Positions 13,275 through 25,885 of a stretch of DNA of 64,000 nt are shown piece by piece. The stretch spans positions 1,657,083-1,721,082 of the forward strand of contig NW_003314276.1 in assembly GCF_000143415.4 (NCBI RefSeq), read 5' to 3'. How positions within the stretch are numbered: the first letter of the stretch is position 1; every line of letters starts with the position of its first letter. The DNA is from Selaginella moellendorffii. Lineage: Eukaryota > Plantae > Lycopodiophyta. The position numbers and the translations under genes were made by a program. The notes under the pieces are model-generated. The model saw only the letters and a list, made by a program, of their open reading frames with translations, was not told where the DNA came from and did not search any database.

Positions 13275-15593
13275 CCTTTTGTTGCAAGCTATTGTGATTT
13301 TTGGTGGTGCCTTTAAGCCCAAAACCTAATTGTGAGATTTAGGGTTATATAAAGCAAGAGCTAAAAAATTATGTCATGCCGAATACAGATTGGATCTAGC
13401 CCATTTGGGCAATTGGGATTTCCATAGCATCACAAGGCATCGAGGTTTATGGCTGCCTTAGCTACAGCGGTAGTGGTGTCAGATCGGTCATCGCCATAGC
13501 TCGAGAATCTCCAGTGCCACCACAGAGCAACAGTCACAGTGGAGCTGATCCAAGGCATTGAAATCGTGATCGGCAGCGATGGATCGACCACAAGAGTGCC
13601 ATAGATTTCAATCCCTCTCTAGTCACCAAGAGATCTCTGGTGACAAAGGTTTTCTTGTAGTCTGATCTAGATTTTCAAGAGGATCAAGTGCTCCAGCATC
13701 ACCAGCAGCAGTACAAGATCGAGTCAGGCACACAGGTGAAGGGAAAAATTGAGTTTGTAGTTGTACACCAAGTACCTCTTCTCTAGCTTCCTTATGCTTT
13801 AGTTTGATGACATCAAGTGTAGGAATGCATTTCAGCTACATTTGGGAATGATGTTTCATCTGCATGTGTAGTTTAAATGGGGGCTTAGGTCACTTCTATA
13901 ATTTGCATTGAGGCAAGGCTGTGTAAAATTTTTGTCGCTGTTTTAACTACAATTGTTTTCTACTATTAGGATAGAGTGCTATATTAGTCTGTCAAAAAAT
14001 TCTTGCATATGGTGGAGAGGTACATCATGTGAGTTCACGTGCTTTTCTAACTTCACGTGAACTATAGGACATATCAAGATGTCTTTTATGGGTCCAACAA
14101 CGGCACGGGAACTGGCCCCTCGTGAAAACTGTCAGAATACAAGAGGAGTTTATAACGCTTTTGAGTTTCTATAAAATGTGAGAGTTTCCTGGGATTTCCA
14201 GTATGATGAGACTTCTTTGCGTTGTAGGTTTTGGACTCTTATTCCGAAGATTCTGAAGAAAACTATACCAAGGCCAGTTCCCTTTGCTAAAGGATTTGTT
14301 AAATCACTCAAGTAAGGTTTTCTTTGTTGCTGTCAATTTGAACTCCAATGCTAATGCTTGCAAAATTCATAGGACTAATGCTATGGAGTTTTTTTCCAAA
14401 TTGAAGAATGGTGATGATTATAGAAAGGAAGCATTTAGAAGCAGCTAGTTTGTATACAGGCTTTTATTTGAAGTATATCCATGCCTCCTCATGAATGGTC
14501 TAATTTATAGAGAAAGTCAAGTATACTGTCATTTATTAAATCTTAGGGACATTCTTAATGTGTCACTTGAACTTAGCCACAATTTTCAGTGATGGTGGCC
14601 CTTGAGCTTTACAAATAACTTGTGTTGCATGCAAATAGCTGGTATTGGGAAAGATTTGAAGTATGTGTCAGTTGCATTGGTGGTTATTGAAAGCCATCCA
14701 GTTGTATGTAGTACTTAAAGATGAAGTTTTTGTCATATATCCTCCTGGTAATCCTTTCTTTTTTTTTTTTAATTGAGCATGACTCAATTGCCTTATAGGT
14801 TGGAGGAGTAGCCTCTACACCTAGCATTGCCAAATTTATTGAAGATAAGTGTGTATTTTGATTCATTTTATCAATCCCTTATGTTTGTACCATGCAAAAT
14901 TGTCTACTTAATTCAAGTGACAAAGAAATGAGCGACAAAGCTCCCAAGCTTGAGGTCAGCAGCATGTAGGCAAGATAGATATTTGTTTTTTGGCCAGGTA
15001 AGCAAAGGCATAGGTACCATTAGAAATGGTGTAGCCACCAAGTTAAATTGTGTATCACATAATTTCGAATTTAAAGCTGTAGTGTCTATAGTTCAAAATT
15101 ATCATCTATGATACACCAAGTCATAATGTTCCTACATTTTAAAGAAGTCACAAAGATGATTAGGATGCCTGCTTTGGTGGAGAGTTTTGCAAGAGATTTG
15201 AGGTTGTAATAATACAATGGATCTCATATACAACTATGCAGCAAGTTTATAGACAATATATTGTACAAACAGAAAATGGAAGCACACTAAAACAGGAAAT
15301 GAAAGTGAATAGTACTTTAATCAACCTTGAACACAATCACTTTTGGCGAGCTTTGATCAGCACTAGTCAAGAATCAGAAGTGGTCTATTGATGGCTTATT
15401 TGTCTCCAAAAGTTTGATTGCCCCAGGCATTCGAGTAGAAGTGAACATTTTTAGAAACTGGCTAGGAGTGACACCATATCCTTGGTGTATATAAGTGTCC
15501 TTCATGTAAATGTCTTAGGGGTGGCCAGTATCTGGATAGAATTTGTCATGAACTTGCAAAGTTTGAAAAAATGTTCATTTGTTCTTGCAATGA

Positions 15594-16720
15594 TGTAGTG
15601 CATGTGGTTTTGACCCTTTATCTTATGGTGATTTACCATAGGATAACACCACGAAGTGGAACCTAAACCCTTTTTATGCCATGTGACACATGCCACATGT
15701 CCAAAGGACAATGGTGTAGAACCCGAGGTTCAGGGCCTTGAGCCACTGAACGAAGGAACAGTGCCAAGCTCCCAAACATGGAGTCAAGGAGCATTAGCAT
15801 TAGAGCATGGAATGACTCCCTAGCATATAGCCCAAGGAGCAAAAGAACAGGAGCCTAGAGCAACTTGGAACAATCCTAGAGTAACCAGCATTCGAATGCC
15901 AGAACTAACACGCAAAACAAAGCCAAACGGAGTCTAGCGCTATTTCAGCATACTGGTGGCTTAATGCGAGGACATGGGTACTCCACCAGCTAGCATGGTG
16001 TGGAACTTGGGCTTAAACCCAAGCCGGACGCAAAATAAGGACATGCATGCAAATAGGAGTTAGACTATGCCTTAGGTTGGTCGACCATGCCTGACCTACC
16101 CACTATCCCTACTATATATTTGGAACCCCCTATAGCCCCCCGCCCCCCTTTTTGAGGAACACATGCTTTGAACTTTCACCCCAAGCCCCCCTTAGTATCA
16201 GGAGTTAGTCTCTAGGACAAGCTCAAAACTTACTAAATATGGAATGTCCCTAAATTGTGAATTTGGACACGGAACGAACACCATTGTGTTCAAGCTAATC
16301 TCTACATTCCGTAAATATGCCAAATGAGCAAATCTAGACACTTTCCATAAATAGTATTTAAAACTGAAATGAGACTAACACAAAGGGCATGATAGTGAGG
16401 GTGTTTGGCAGAATTTAGGGAATATTGAGGGACCAAGCTCAATATCATGGGGGTTCCCAACACTAGCAAGTGCAAGTCAACATCATGAGTTTCTCGTTAT
16501 CGTGCCAAGTATGCTTGACTAAATGACAACGTAAGATTTCCTTCCTTAGTGCCCTTCCAGTCTAAGTGCACATGTGATGACCAGTTTCTCAACTAGTTTA
16601 GGAGGAGACTAATAAAGGGTCTAGCAATACCAACCTCCTACCGTCATGGCAGTATAAAAAGAATATCCAAAAGGACTAGCTCATAGGTAACTTTCGATAC
16701 CTGAAATCACATTCACGACA
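15594..16720 (-). mobile_element. Solo LTR of a chromovirus-related family (long variant)
   Basis: TG...CA, flanks AATGA/AATGG; homologous to 41914-43056. Confidence 0.88.
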
Positions 16721-18005
16721 AATGGTGTCACCAACCAATATCTCGTGTTTGTTTCTCGACCCTAAACTTTTTGCAAACATGGCAGCCGCAACAAACAGAA
16801 ATTGCTCGAGGGTTTTCAGGGATGAAATGGTCATGCACCTATTGACAAAACATGCATTCTGAACTGCTAGTATACATCAAGAAAGATATACCCCAAAGAA
16901 GTTCTTTCTGTATATGAATAAGACAAAGTGCAATTGCTTTTGTATGTGGTCCTAAGGCATATTATCAGGAATTTTCAAGACAATAGTTGAGGGTGCAATC
17001 CTAAACACATTTTTATCTTTAGTTCCTTGGAGATTGTAGAAACTATGACTTGGCATGTCCCTAGAAAACCATGATGATTTGAGCTCATGATAAATATGGT
17101 CTATATCACCTAGCACATGCACCTACTTTTGAAGTTCATCCAAAAATTCTAGTCATAATATTACAAATACTTTATAGATGTTTTTAACTTCAAGATCATC
17201 AGCAATGAATATGATGTTTGTAGTGCTAGGCATTTGATCTACACTAGTGATTGCCATAGCAATTGTTATAGAAGTATAAGCAAAAGCATCCTCTACAAAC
17301 TAACTTAGTAGAACAATGTCTGATGGTTTGACAAAATCAAGCATTGGAGGAGCCTTCTTTGGCCATGCTCGAACATGTGCGGCTATAGAAATATCTACTG
17401 AGAGACAATGGAGCCCCAAATGATATTTTGGGATTATTAACTCTAACCTTGTAGTGTTGAATACATAGCTAGTTAGATGGCTTGAAAAGGTGGCTGTATT
17501 TATCAGTATTGAAGCTATTGCAAGGTGCATGTCGTAGTTGTCAATGAAATCAATATTAAGGAACCTTGATGTTGATGCCATACTTGTTGAGTGGACCTTA
17601 TATTGAAATCATAACTGCTGTACCGAGATAATACATATATAAAAAGTAGCTCACCACCTGAATGAAATTGTAGATCCATAATATGAACATATGTATATTA
17701 TGTTTCCTAAAAGGAAGCAATCAGATTCCATATGCCAAGGTCTAGAATGCTATATAATTTACGCTTAGCTAAAAAATCCCGTTACAAACCCATAACTAAA
17801 AAAAAAATCTAAAATTGAGCAATACCTGGCACTTGGCTGGAAGTATGTGTCTAAAAACCTAGATCTAGCTATAGAGAAGGTTTAAGAAGCAAAAAAGCCA
17901 AGTGCCAATACCACTAAAATAGTAAAGGGACTTTGAAAATGTAATGGTTGTTTGAAGTCTTCTTGTACACTATTCCTCAATCTGTAAACACTATATTATA
18001 ATAGA

Positions 18006-20203
18006 CTAAGTAGCTGAAGCACTAAGGTGCTTAGATTCTGGAAAGAAAAGTGATTAAATTCTGCTTTATCAAGATAAACACAAACTTGGTTCACTGCTCT
18101 CTCCACCCATCTCTACATCATCTAGAATTTGTTGTTGCTGCAAAGAAACATCATCTAGTAATGACTGGTAATTGCAATCTACATGGTCTTGAGACCCCAC
18201 ATTAGAATCACTAGCGACCACTGCTATCGGAGAGAAAGATCCTGAATGAAGCAATTGACTAACTTTGGGTTAATCACAATTGTTGGCCCAAAGGCCTACT
18301 TAAGTTTTGCCATGTCATTAGGCAAATGCAAAACTCGCAATAGCTTTATCACTTGACAAGACAAGCAACAGGTGCAGTCACAGTCAACACATTTGCATGT
18401 GACATGTGTCACAGCGCCTTCTTCTCCCACCCCACGCGGTTTGGCTGCCTCCCATTGGCCAGGAGCAAACATCAACACTTTCTCCTCATTATTGGAGGAC
18501 TTCTTGAAGAGTGTGTTCTTGAGAGCTTGAGTAGTCAAGGGGCGATTTTTTGCTGCTGGATCCATTAGAGACTTGATCAAGCTCTGGAACGCAAGAGAGA
18601 ATCTAGGAAGAAGAGCGAGCTTTCCCTGGTGGATGGCTTGATACCAGACGCCAGTGGTGGTGAGTATCTCGCGAGCTTGTAGAATGTTGCCCCTAGGGAA
18701 AACATGTTAGCTTTGTCAAGGTGGCTGTGATCATTGTTGATGAGCTCCATCGGGAGATATCTCAAGTTGCCATCCTCGTTGGAAATGGTTCCATAAATTT
18801 GACTAGTGAGGCCTAAGTTGCCAATCTTTTAGACACTATTGTGGATGTAGATCTTGTCGGGCTTCACATCCAGATGAGTGAGGCCATGTAAGTGTAAGTG
18901 CTTCAAAGTGTTTAAGAGCTGTCATGCATAACAAAATAAGAAAAGAACACAATTGAGCTGCTTACTTGAAACATCGCCTCGGTCAGCTTGTTCTTTGTGA
19001 ATGTCCATCTCATCTTGTAGATTCATCTCGCATAGCTCCATTTGGATATATAAAAAGTCATTCTCAAACCATAAAGAGAAGTAGTGCACTACATTTTCAT
19101 GGTAACCTGGAAGCTGGATAAGTTTTGAGGAAGCCAGTGGTAATACTGAAAGAAAAAAGCCAACTCAAGACAGAAAAGTGCCTGAACTTCTCTTAGTGCT
19201 TTCCTCTTGCAAAGAGAAAAATTTGCCAAAACAATACCATAGTCTCTTGAATATAGTGATGAACCGATCACTCAGGAAGAGCTTCCCGATGAACCGATCA
19301 CTCGATGAGAGAACTGATCACTCAGTAAGTGCTCTCTCGGGAAACACATTAGTGTTAAAAAAAGAGTTCCGGAAGCATGGGGGGACATGATGTGCTGTCG
19401 CAGAGACAATGTCTTTGCATTCTCTGCTTCTTGGTTCAAATATTCATCTAAGAAAAGAAGAACAAAACGAAAAAAGCTTGAGTGAGTGTTTAAGATTGTC
19501 AAAGCAAAGCTAGACATATCACTTCTTGGTCTTTTGCTCCATAGAGGCATCAGACCCACAAGGAATAGCTTTGAGATTTGAGCATCATGGTCTCATTGCC
19601 AGTATTTCTCCTGCAGAAAGAAAAACCAGAAAAGAAAAGAAAACTGTTAAGTTGAGAGCATAAGAAAGTGAAAACTTGTGATGGGGTTCTCGGGAAAAAA
19701 AACAGCACACAGTATTGCAAAAACAAAATCAGGAAAAGAACGAAAACAGCAAGAAAAGATACCAAGAGTTGTGCTCGAGAAGAAGAAAAGAAAGTAAAAT
19801 GGACACATTAGAAAGCGCGGACACAGACAGTACCAAGACACGGTTCATTCCAGTGGTATTGAAACAGTGCCTCAGATTTGGATTGTGAATCGGCAGCAGT
19901 AGCAGGGGCTGTCTCACCATTTCATAAACCCTAAAAAAACATTACAAAATAAAAATAATTCACTCCACATGCAACAGGTGCAGTCATGGCCAACACTTTG
20001 CATGTGCCACATGTTGTAGCACCTTCTTCTCACACCCCACCCAATTTGGCCACCTCCCATTGGCCGAGAGCAAACATCAGCATGATTATTCGCTAACATG
20101 GTTAAAAAAATAACCCCTTTACAGTTACACCCCCATCAAGCGGCTGTGATTGGCTGGATCTGGTGGCCCAGAAAGTTCGGCAACTCCTCCTTATTATGAT
20201 AGA
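18006..20203 (-). mobile_element. Helitron unit 1, non-autonomous, with captured WEE1 exons
   Basis: 5' A|TCTATCATAATAAGG at 20203; 3' (C)TTAG at 18006 with hairpin AAGCAC-TAAG-GTGCTT (18017-18032) 11 nt from the end. Confidence 0.7.
18500..19600 (-). pseudogene. WEE1: WEE1 kinase fragment with introns
   Basis: RKALREVQAL; YFSLWFENDFLYIQMELCE; HLDVKPDKIYIHNSV*KIGNLG; DGNLRYLPMELINNDHSHLDKANMFSLG; MDPAAKNRP, all matching plant WEE1 motifs; one stop and DFG>NLG. Confidence 0.85.
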
Positions 20204-20914
20204 TGATCAATGAACTTTCGGGTTCTACAAAATTTCCAATACATTTAGAATATACTTGGATATTCTAGCATATTATCTAATGATTAAAATGTACTTAGAT
20301 TAGGTTATAATGTAACAGATTACATTAAAAAGAAATAAATATATTTAAAAATCAAGCCAAGTAGGCCTATCATAACCTCACACATTACATACAAATGCAA
20401 CAAAAAGATATAATGCTTGATTTTTGGACTTTTATTACATTTATGCAATACTTTGGTGCAGATATAGTAATGATGTCATACTTGGTTTATATGAGCTGCT
20501 TCCACACAAAAGTTATCTTGATTAATTTTGAGCTAAGATTTATTCATAATATATATATATATTCAAGTACTATGGTTGCAAAAACTTCTCTACATAGAAA
20601 AATGTCAAGATTTACACTTTCAGGTTGCAATATTATAAACATCTTTACTTTTGCATAATTAACTTTGTATGTGTAACTACATTTACAATATTGAAAAACT
20701 TAAAATGAACTTATCCAAAATGTTGAAGTAATTATTTTTTACTGATTACTCTATCCCTGATCTACAGATAGAATATCTAATTATATTTAACTTTAGTTAT
20801 CTTTTATATTAAGAAAAGCATTGCAATATTATATTTAATCATTATGTGCAAAATAATTAATTAAATGTTTTTTAAAAAACTCTTTACATATGATATGGTA
20901 CTTTATTTTTAATA

Positions 20915-21760
20915 TTATTTTGTGTTCCATTAAACTCGATTAAAATGATATATATTGTAGTGGATGTTAATGGTGTGATTGTAGCTAATGATAATATCTT
21001 TCACAAAGGACAAAATGTTATAATTGATGTATTAAAGCAAATATGTAATGCATATTAGAACTTCCAAAAAATGACAAACATTTTACATTTATTCAAATTA
21101 TAAAGAATAAATTTAGCATGGCGTGTTTTGAGTTTTGATGAAGAAGCTACATTGACTTTTCTTGATAATGTAAAAATGTATATATTCCAATGCTAGATTA
21201 GATTTAGTATCATCTCAAAATCAAAATGTTAACACAAATGAATTTTCACACTTGTCACAATAGGTTAACAGTTTACCAAAGTCTGAATGACAACTTGGTA
21301 TTATCAATTAAGTTTGATTATTTTGTGAAAATAGAACAATTTATTAAAAATACAACATCCAATCTATTTTCATTCTTAAAATACTTTTCTTTTTTATATA
21401 AAAGTTTTGAATTAAATTTTAGGTTTTAAAAAATTTACAACACTTAAAATCATTGTGCTGTGTTTTTGAACACTAAGGGTTTTTGTGCTGGAAACTGAAT
21501 TGTTGGGCTTGCAAAATAATTCTACTAGATTGCTCACATCTACAGCTTGTTATGAAGTTTTCATTCCTCAAGAATGATAGTGCTTAGGTGGTGCTTTAGA
21601 AAACACTCATTGACTATATGCAATGAAACTTGACCAGACTGGATGGTTCTAGTTTTCCAAGGACCTGTCTAGAGAGTATAACACCAAGCTCAACCTGTGT
21701 TGTGGACATCTCCTAGAAGTACTTGCAGTTTACATGAAAAACTACTTTGTTGTTCAATGG
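20915..21760. repeat. Inverted duplicate of about 62050-63090
   Basis: 21590-21760 is the reverse complement of about 62049-62212 with few mismatches; weaker similarity extends outwards. Confidence 0.8.
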
Positions 21761-22694
21761 CAAGAAATGTCTTGAAGTTCACAACCATGGTAAAAATACA
21801 TTGTTTATTTTTATTATGTTGAAAAGTGCATGATTATATTTTAGAGTTTGTGCTTGCTAATGATAATTACTTGCTTAAGAATGTTTGAATGCTTTATTCT
21901 GAAGAGAAACTTGGGAATATTAAGTTTTTCAAGAGCAAAGAGTCAATAAAAATGATGCATTCTAAGAGAATTAACCATAGAAGGCAACTATATTACTGAA
22001 GAATTTGTTATACCAGGTTTCCTTTATTTTTTATAGTTTTTATGCAATTTCATTTTTATGACTGGTTTGTCTTTAGTTCTATGAATGCTAAGTGTTAAAT
22101 ATTAATGTTAATATCTTAGCCATTGCACATCATGATAAATGGTGGGTAATGGTGTTGCCACTATGGCCTCTTACCCTCTTCAGGTAAGAACTCCTTACTC
22201 CATTGAGACTGTTCTAATGAAATTTTTATGAAGTCTTTAGTGTTCAAAAAGCTAGAACAATTTTTATGCCCTCTAGACTGAGAAAGAAACCATGAGTGTG
22301 GAGAGCTCAATAATATTATTTTCAGAAGTTTAATGACTTAGCTTTTAGGTTTACATAGCTCAGACATATTTTTAACTTAGAGGATAATATATAATTATAT
22401 ATATAGAAAGTGGGAGTTGTAATTCTTCCTAGTGAGATCTAAAGGATGGCAAAATTCCTATTAGAAATATATATAGTTTGATAAATTTTTTACTTGTTAC
22501 TCTTGAAGTTCTAGTCATGAGATAAAATAAAGAACTTCATACCTTTTTGGCCATAGAAATAGTGATAAGGAAGGAAAATTAATTAAACACTGATTACAAA
22601 ATAATTAAACAAAGTTTAATCATAGCCATTAGATTAAAGAATATCCAATATACTTGAACATTCTAAGTATATTCCTTACACATGAATTAAGTGC

Positions 22695-23340
22695 CACTGC
22701 AGCTGTGTGTGTGTGGGATGAGAGCAGTGTGCAAACAGTGATGGGAATTGATCAATTCCCTAGGATTTGCCGTCCAGCAGGCTCAGGCAAGCATCCCGGC
22801 GTGAATGGGCACTTTCAATTGGATAGAGATGAAAGTGTGCCCACAATGGAGGTTGCAAGATTTCCAGGGCTGGTTACATCTCTTGCATGGGCATTTCAAG
22901 GAATACAGTCTGGTTCTTGTGAAGAAAAAAAAATTGAGGTGAGAAGTGTGTACACATGGTTCACAACAAGTACACGTATACACTCCAGATACCACTTTGC
23001 ATTTGCTTTACTCACATCACTACATCACTTGAATGATCCAGGTCTGATCACTTTGGATTTGAAAGGGTTAAGGTTTGGATTGAAGCAGACTTGGCCATGG
23101 GATAAGCAGCTAGGAATCATGGTGTATCTGTTGCCTCCGATGGTCAGACAGGTGTGTTGTTCTGCACTCTATTCAAAAGGTGTTGGTGGAGTTTGCAATG
23201 CAATTTGTTTGAATGGAGCTGTTTTCTTTGTGGAGGAGAAGTCTTTCTTTATCTATAACTCATTTGAATTTAGCTAGTTACTTTCCTATTTCAGAAAGAA
23301 TCCAAGCTAGAAAAACTGGTAAAATTTACACGTTCACTAT
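22695..23340 (+). pseudogene. Heavily deleted F-box pseudogene, paralog of 4760-5801
   Basis: SCEEKKIEVRSVYT, TLDLKGLRFGLKQTWPWD and NAICLNGAVFFVEEKS shared with the left copy. Confidence 0.8.
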
Positions 23341-24041
23341 TATTACCATAACTTCTATTTGTGTGCAAATTCTATTGTTGTACTTAACAGTATTGATAAG
23401 ATTCACATAGACTTTGTAAACACGAATGAATGAATGTTCTGTGTTTTTTTTGTTTTTTTTAAATTTGCTATTAGCAAATTATTCAGTTTAATGACGTTAC
23501 CTTTTAGCAGTTTGGCTAAGCCACGAGAACGCTTACACTTTTTTTCCTTTTAAGCTAGATTTACTTGTTTTCCTTTGAAGTACTCTTCTTCTTCCTCGGT
23601 AACCCTAATTTCGCGAGCGAGGCAGGGCAGGAGCTCCAGCGCTGGGCGGTGCGCCCGATGCCGATGCCGCTCACCGATCCCGTCCGGAATGCGTGAGGTA
23701 TGCGCGTGTCTTGTCTCTCTTGTTTCTCTCGCCTTCTAGGGTTTCCTCCCGGCTCTTGTGCGCTCCTGATGCATGCTCCGGAGCTCTGCGCTGCCTGTGA
23801 TCGATGCCCCGGAGCTCATCTCGTGTGATCTGAGATCCTCCCTCCTTTCTTCTCTTTCTTCCCCTTTTTTTCTTCTCGTCCCTGGTCTTCTTCCCAGTTT
23901 AAAAAAATCATGCAGCGTTTTTTTTCTTTCTTCAGTGCCGATCAAGGCAGTCTCATCGGTGAGTGAGTGAGAGAGCTAGACAGAACTCAGGAGCTCCAAT
24001 CTTTCTCAGTAGCAAAGAAGAAAGAGGAGGAAGAAGAAGAC

Positions 24042-25241
24042 ATGGCTTCTTCCAAGACGATGCTCCATCCTCCTCCAAATGGAGGCGTCGGCCCGCAGCG
24101 CTCCGGCCTGGGCCGCCAGGGATCAATTTACTCGCTCACACTGGAGGAGCTCCAAAATTCAATGCTGGACCAGGGAAAAATCGGCAGCATGAACATGGAC
24201 GAGTTCATGAAGAACGTATGGACGGCCGAGGAGAACCAGGGCGGCGCCGCCAACACCAACACCAGCACCGCCACCTCCACCGCCACCGACAACCCGCCCG
24301 CTCCCTCCTCTCTCCAGCGGCAATCCAGCGTAAGTATCCCTCGAACTCTCAGCCAGAAAACAGTGGACGAGGTGTGGAAGGAGATCCAGGTCCAGAAGCA
24401 GCAGCAGCAGCAGCAAGATCTCTCTTATGGAGAGATGACTTTGGAGGACTTTCTCATCCGGGCCGGGGTGGTGAAGGAGGACACGGATGCTACTTCCGGG
24501 GGTGTCGTCCAGGCAATCGGCCCCCAAGGAACCATACCCAACAGCATCGATTCCATGGCTCAAAATCCAGATTGGTACAACTATCAGGTGAAGCAGCAGC
24601 AGCTCATGCACCAAGCTGCCGATCTCTCGAAAAGGCCGAACTTGATCGTCCCTGCGGGGCATCCCGGCGCGTTTTTCGATGCTCCATACGATGCCGTGCC
24701 TAGCAGCCTGGCTCTCTCCCCCGGGATGGCGACTCCGGAGGCTCCCGGCAAGAAGAGGAGCTTGGATCTCGTCGTGGAGAAGACTGTGGAGAGGCGGCAG
24801 AGGAGGATGATCAAGAACAGGGAGTCGGCGGCGCGGTCACGAGCGAGGAAGCAAGTAAGTCGCACTTTTGACCAAGGAGGCTTTTTTCCTACCCTTTTTT
24901 CTTTGTTTTACTTGCAGGCTTACACAGTGGAGCTAGAAGCCGAGCTTACGCAGCTCAAGGAAGAAAATACCAGATTGAAGAGATGGCAGGTAAGATTGGA
25001 TCACTCGTGATCGATCCAGACACTAAAGACGATGATGCTTTTCTTTTGATTTTTTAGGCCGAGGAAGCAGAGAGGAGAAGAAAACAGGTAACTTGCATTG
25101 CTGGAGAGAGTTTTACAGCTTTGTTACACCGTGTTTCTGACGCAGATAACCGAGGTTTTCCTGCCAGTAACGCAACAAGATCAGCAGCAGCACGCAAACG
25201 CGAGCTCACAAAAGCTTCAGAGGTGCCGGAGCTTTCCCTGA
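24042..25241 (+). CDS. ABI5: Group A bZIP transcription factor (ABI5/ABF/AREB); exons 24042-24854, 24918-24989, 25058-25087, 25146-25241
   Basis: C1 LGRQGSIYSLTLEELQN/GSMNMDEFMKNVWTAEE, C2 LQRQSS..RTLSQKTVDEVWKEI, C3 GEMTLEDFLIRAGVVKE, bZIP VERRQRRMIKNRESAARSRARKQ|AYTVELE, C-terminal RCRSFP; GT-AG introns keep the frame (symbol is family-level). Confidence 0.93.
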
Positions 25242-25885
25242 CTTCCATTTAACTCCACAGGAATCGGGTTGTAAAGTGGGGGTCTCGCTCGCTCCTCAAG
25301 CCATCGCAAAGATCTTCCCTTGATCTTCCGGGCCTGAGGAAGGAGAGCGAGATCGATCACCACTAAAAACACAGGAAAACGAATAAGGTAAGCAGCAGAT
25401 CATCCAGCAGCAGCAGCAGTAGCAGCTCTCATGTACCTCATCAGACGCGGCGGCCATGTACATTCGAGTTGGAAATGCGTGTATCTAAAACAGGAGCAAG
25501 GCAAAAGCAGCGGTTTTCCTTTAGGTGGTTTGTTCGTTCCGAGAGGTTAGTGACGAAGCTGGTTCTTCTAGCATTTGTGAGGATCTGTAGTTTAAAGGAA
25601 GCAAGCATTTGTGAAATCAGACGGAAAAAAAACAAGTGAAATTCTTTTCCAGCTTATCTCTCGATCGATCGCGAAGCGTTTTGTTTCACGTGAAGAAGGA
25701 GGAAGTGGTCCAGCCCAGTCCAGTCCGGCTCTCAATTAAAAGAGAGCTGTGCTTTTGTCTCGCGCGCTCGCAGCAACGCCGTCGTTGGCCATTTCCACAG
25801 GCCAATCATCAGGCGCTGCAAAATGGTGCCAGCTGAATCCATCGAGCTTTCCGTTGCGAGTTTGTTGTTTTGGTTCCATGTCGAC

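Larger units (their letters stand above)
8395..18005 (-). mobile_element. Helitron unit 2 (decayed autonomous type)
   Basis: 5' TC at 18005; 3' CTAG at 8398-8395 with a TTAACA/TGTTAA hairpin (8406-8427) 11 nt from the end; carries a RepHel remnant. Confidence 0.8.

Noticed and set aside
23963-24865. Long alternative-frame and antisense ORFs over the bZIP
   Set aside because: Shadows of a GC-rich coding exon
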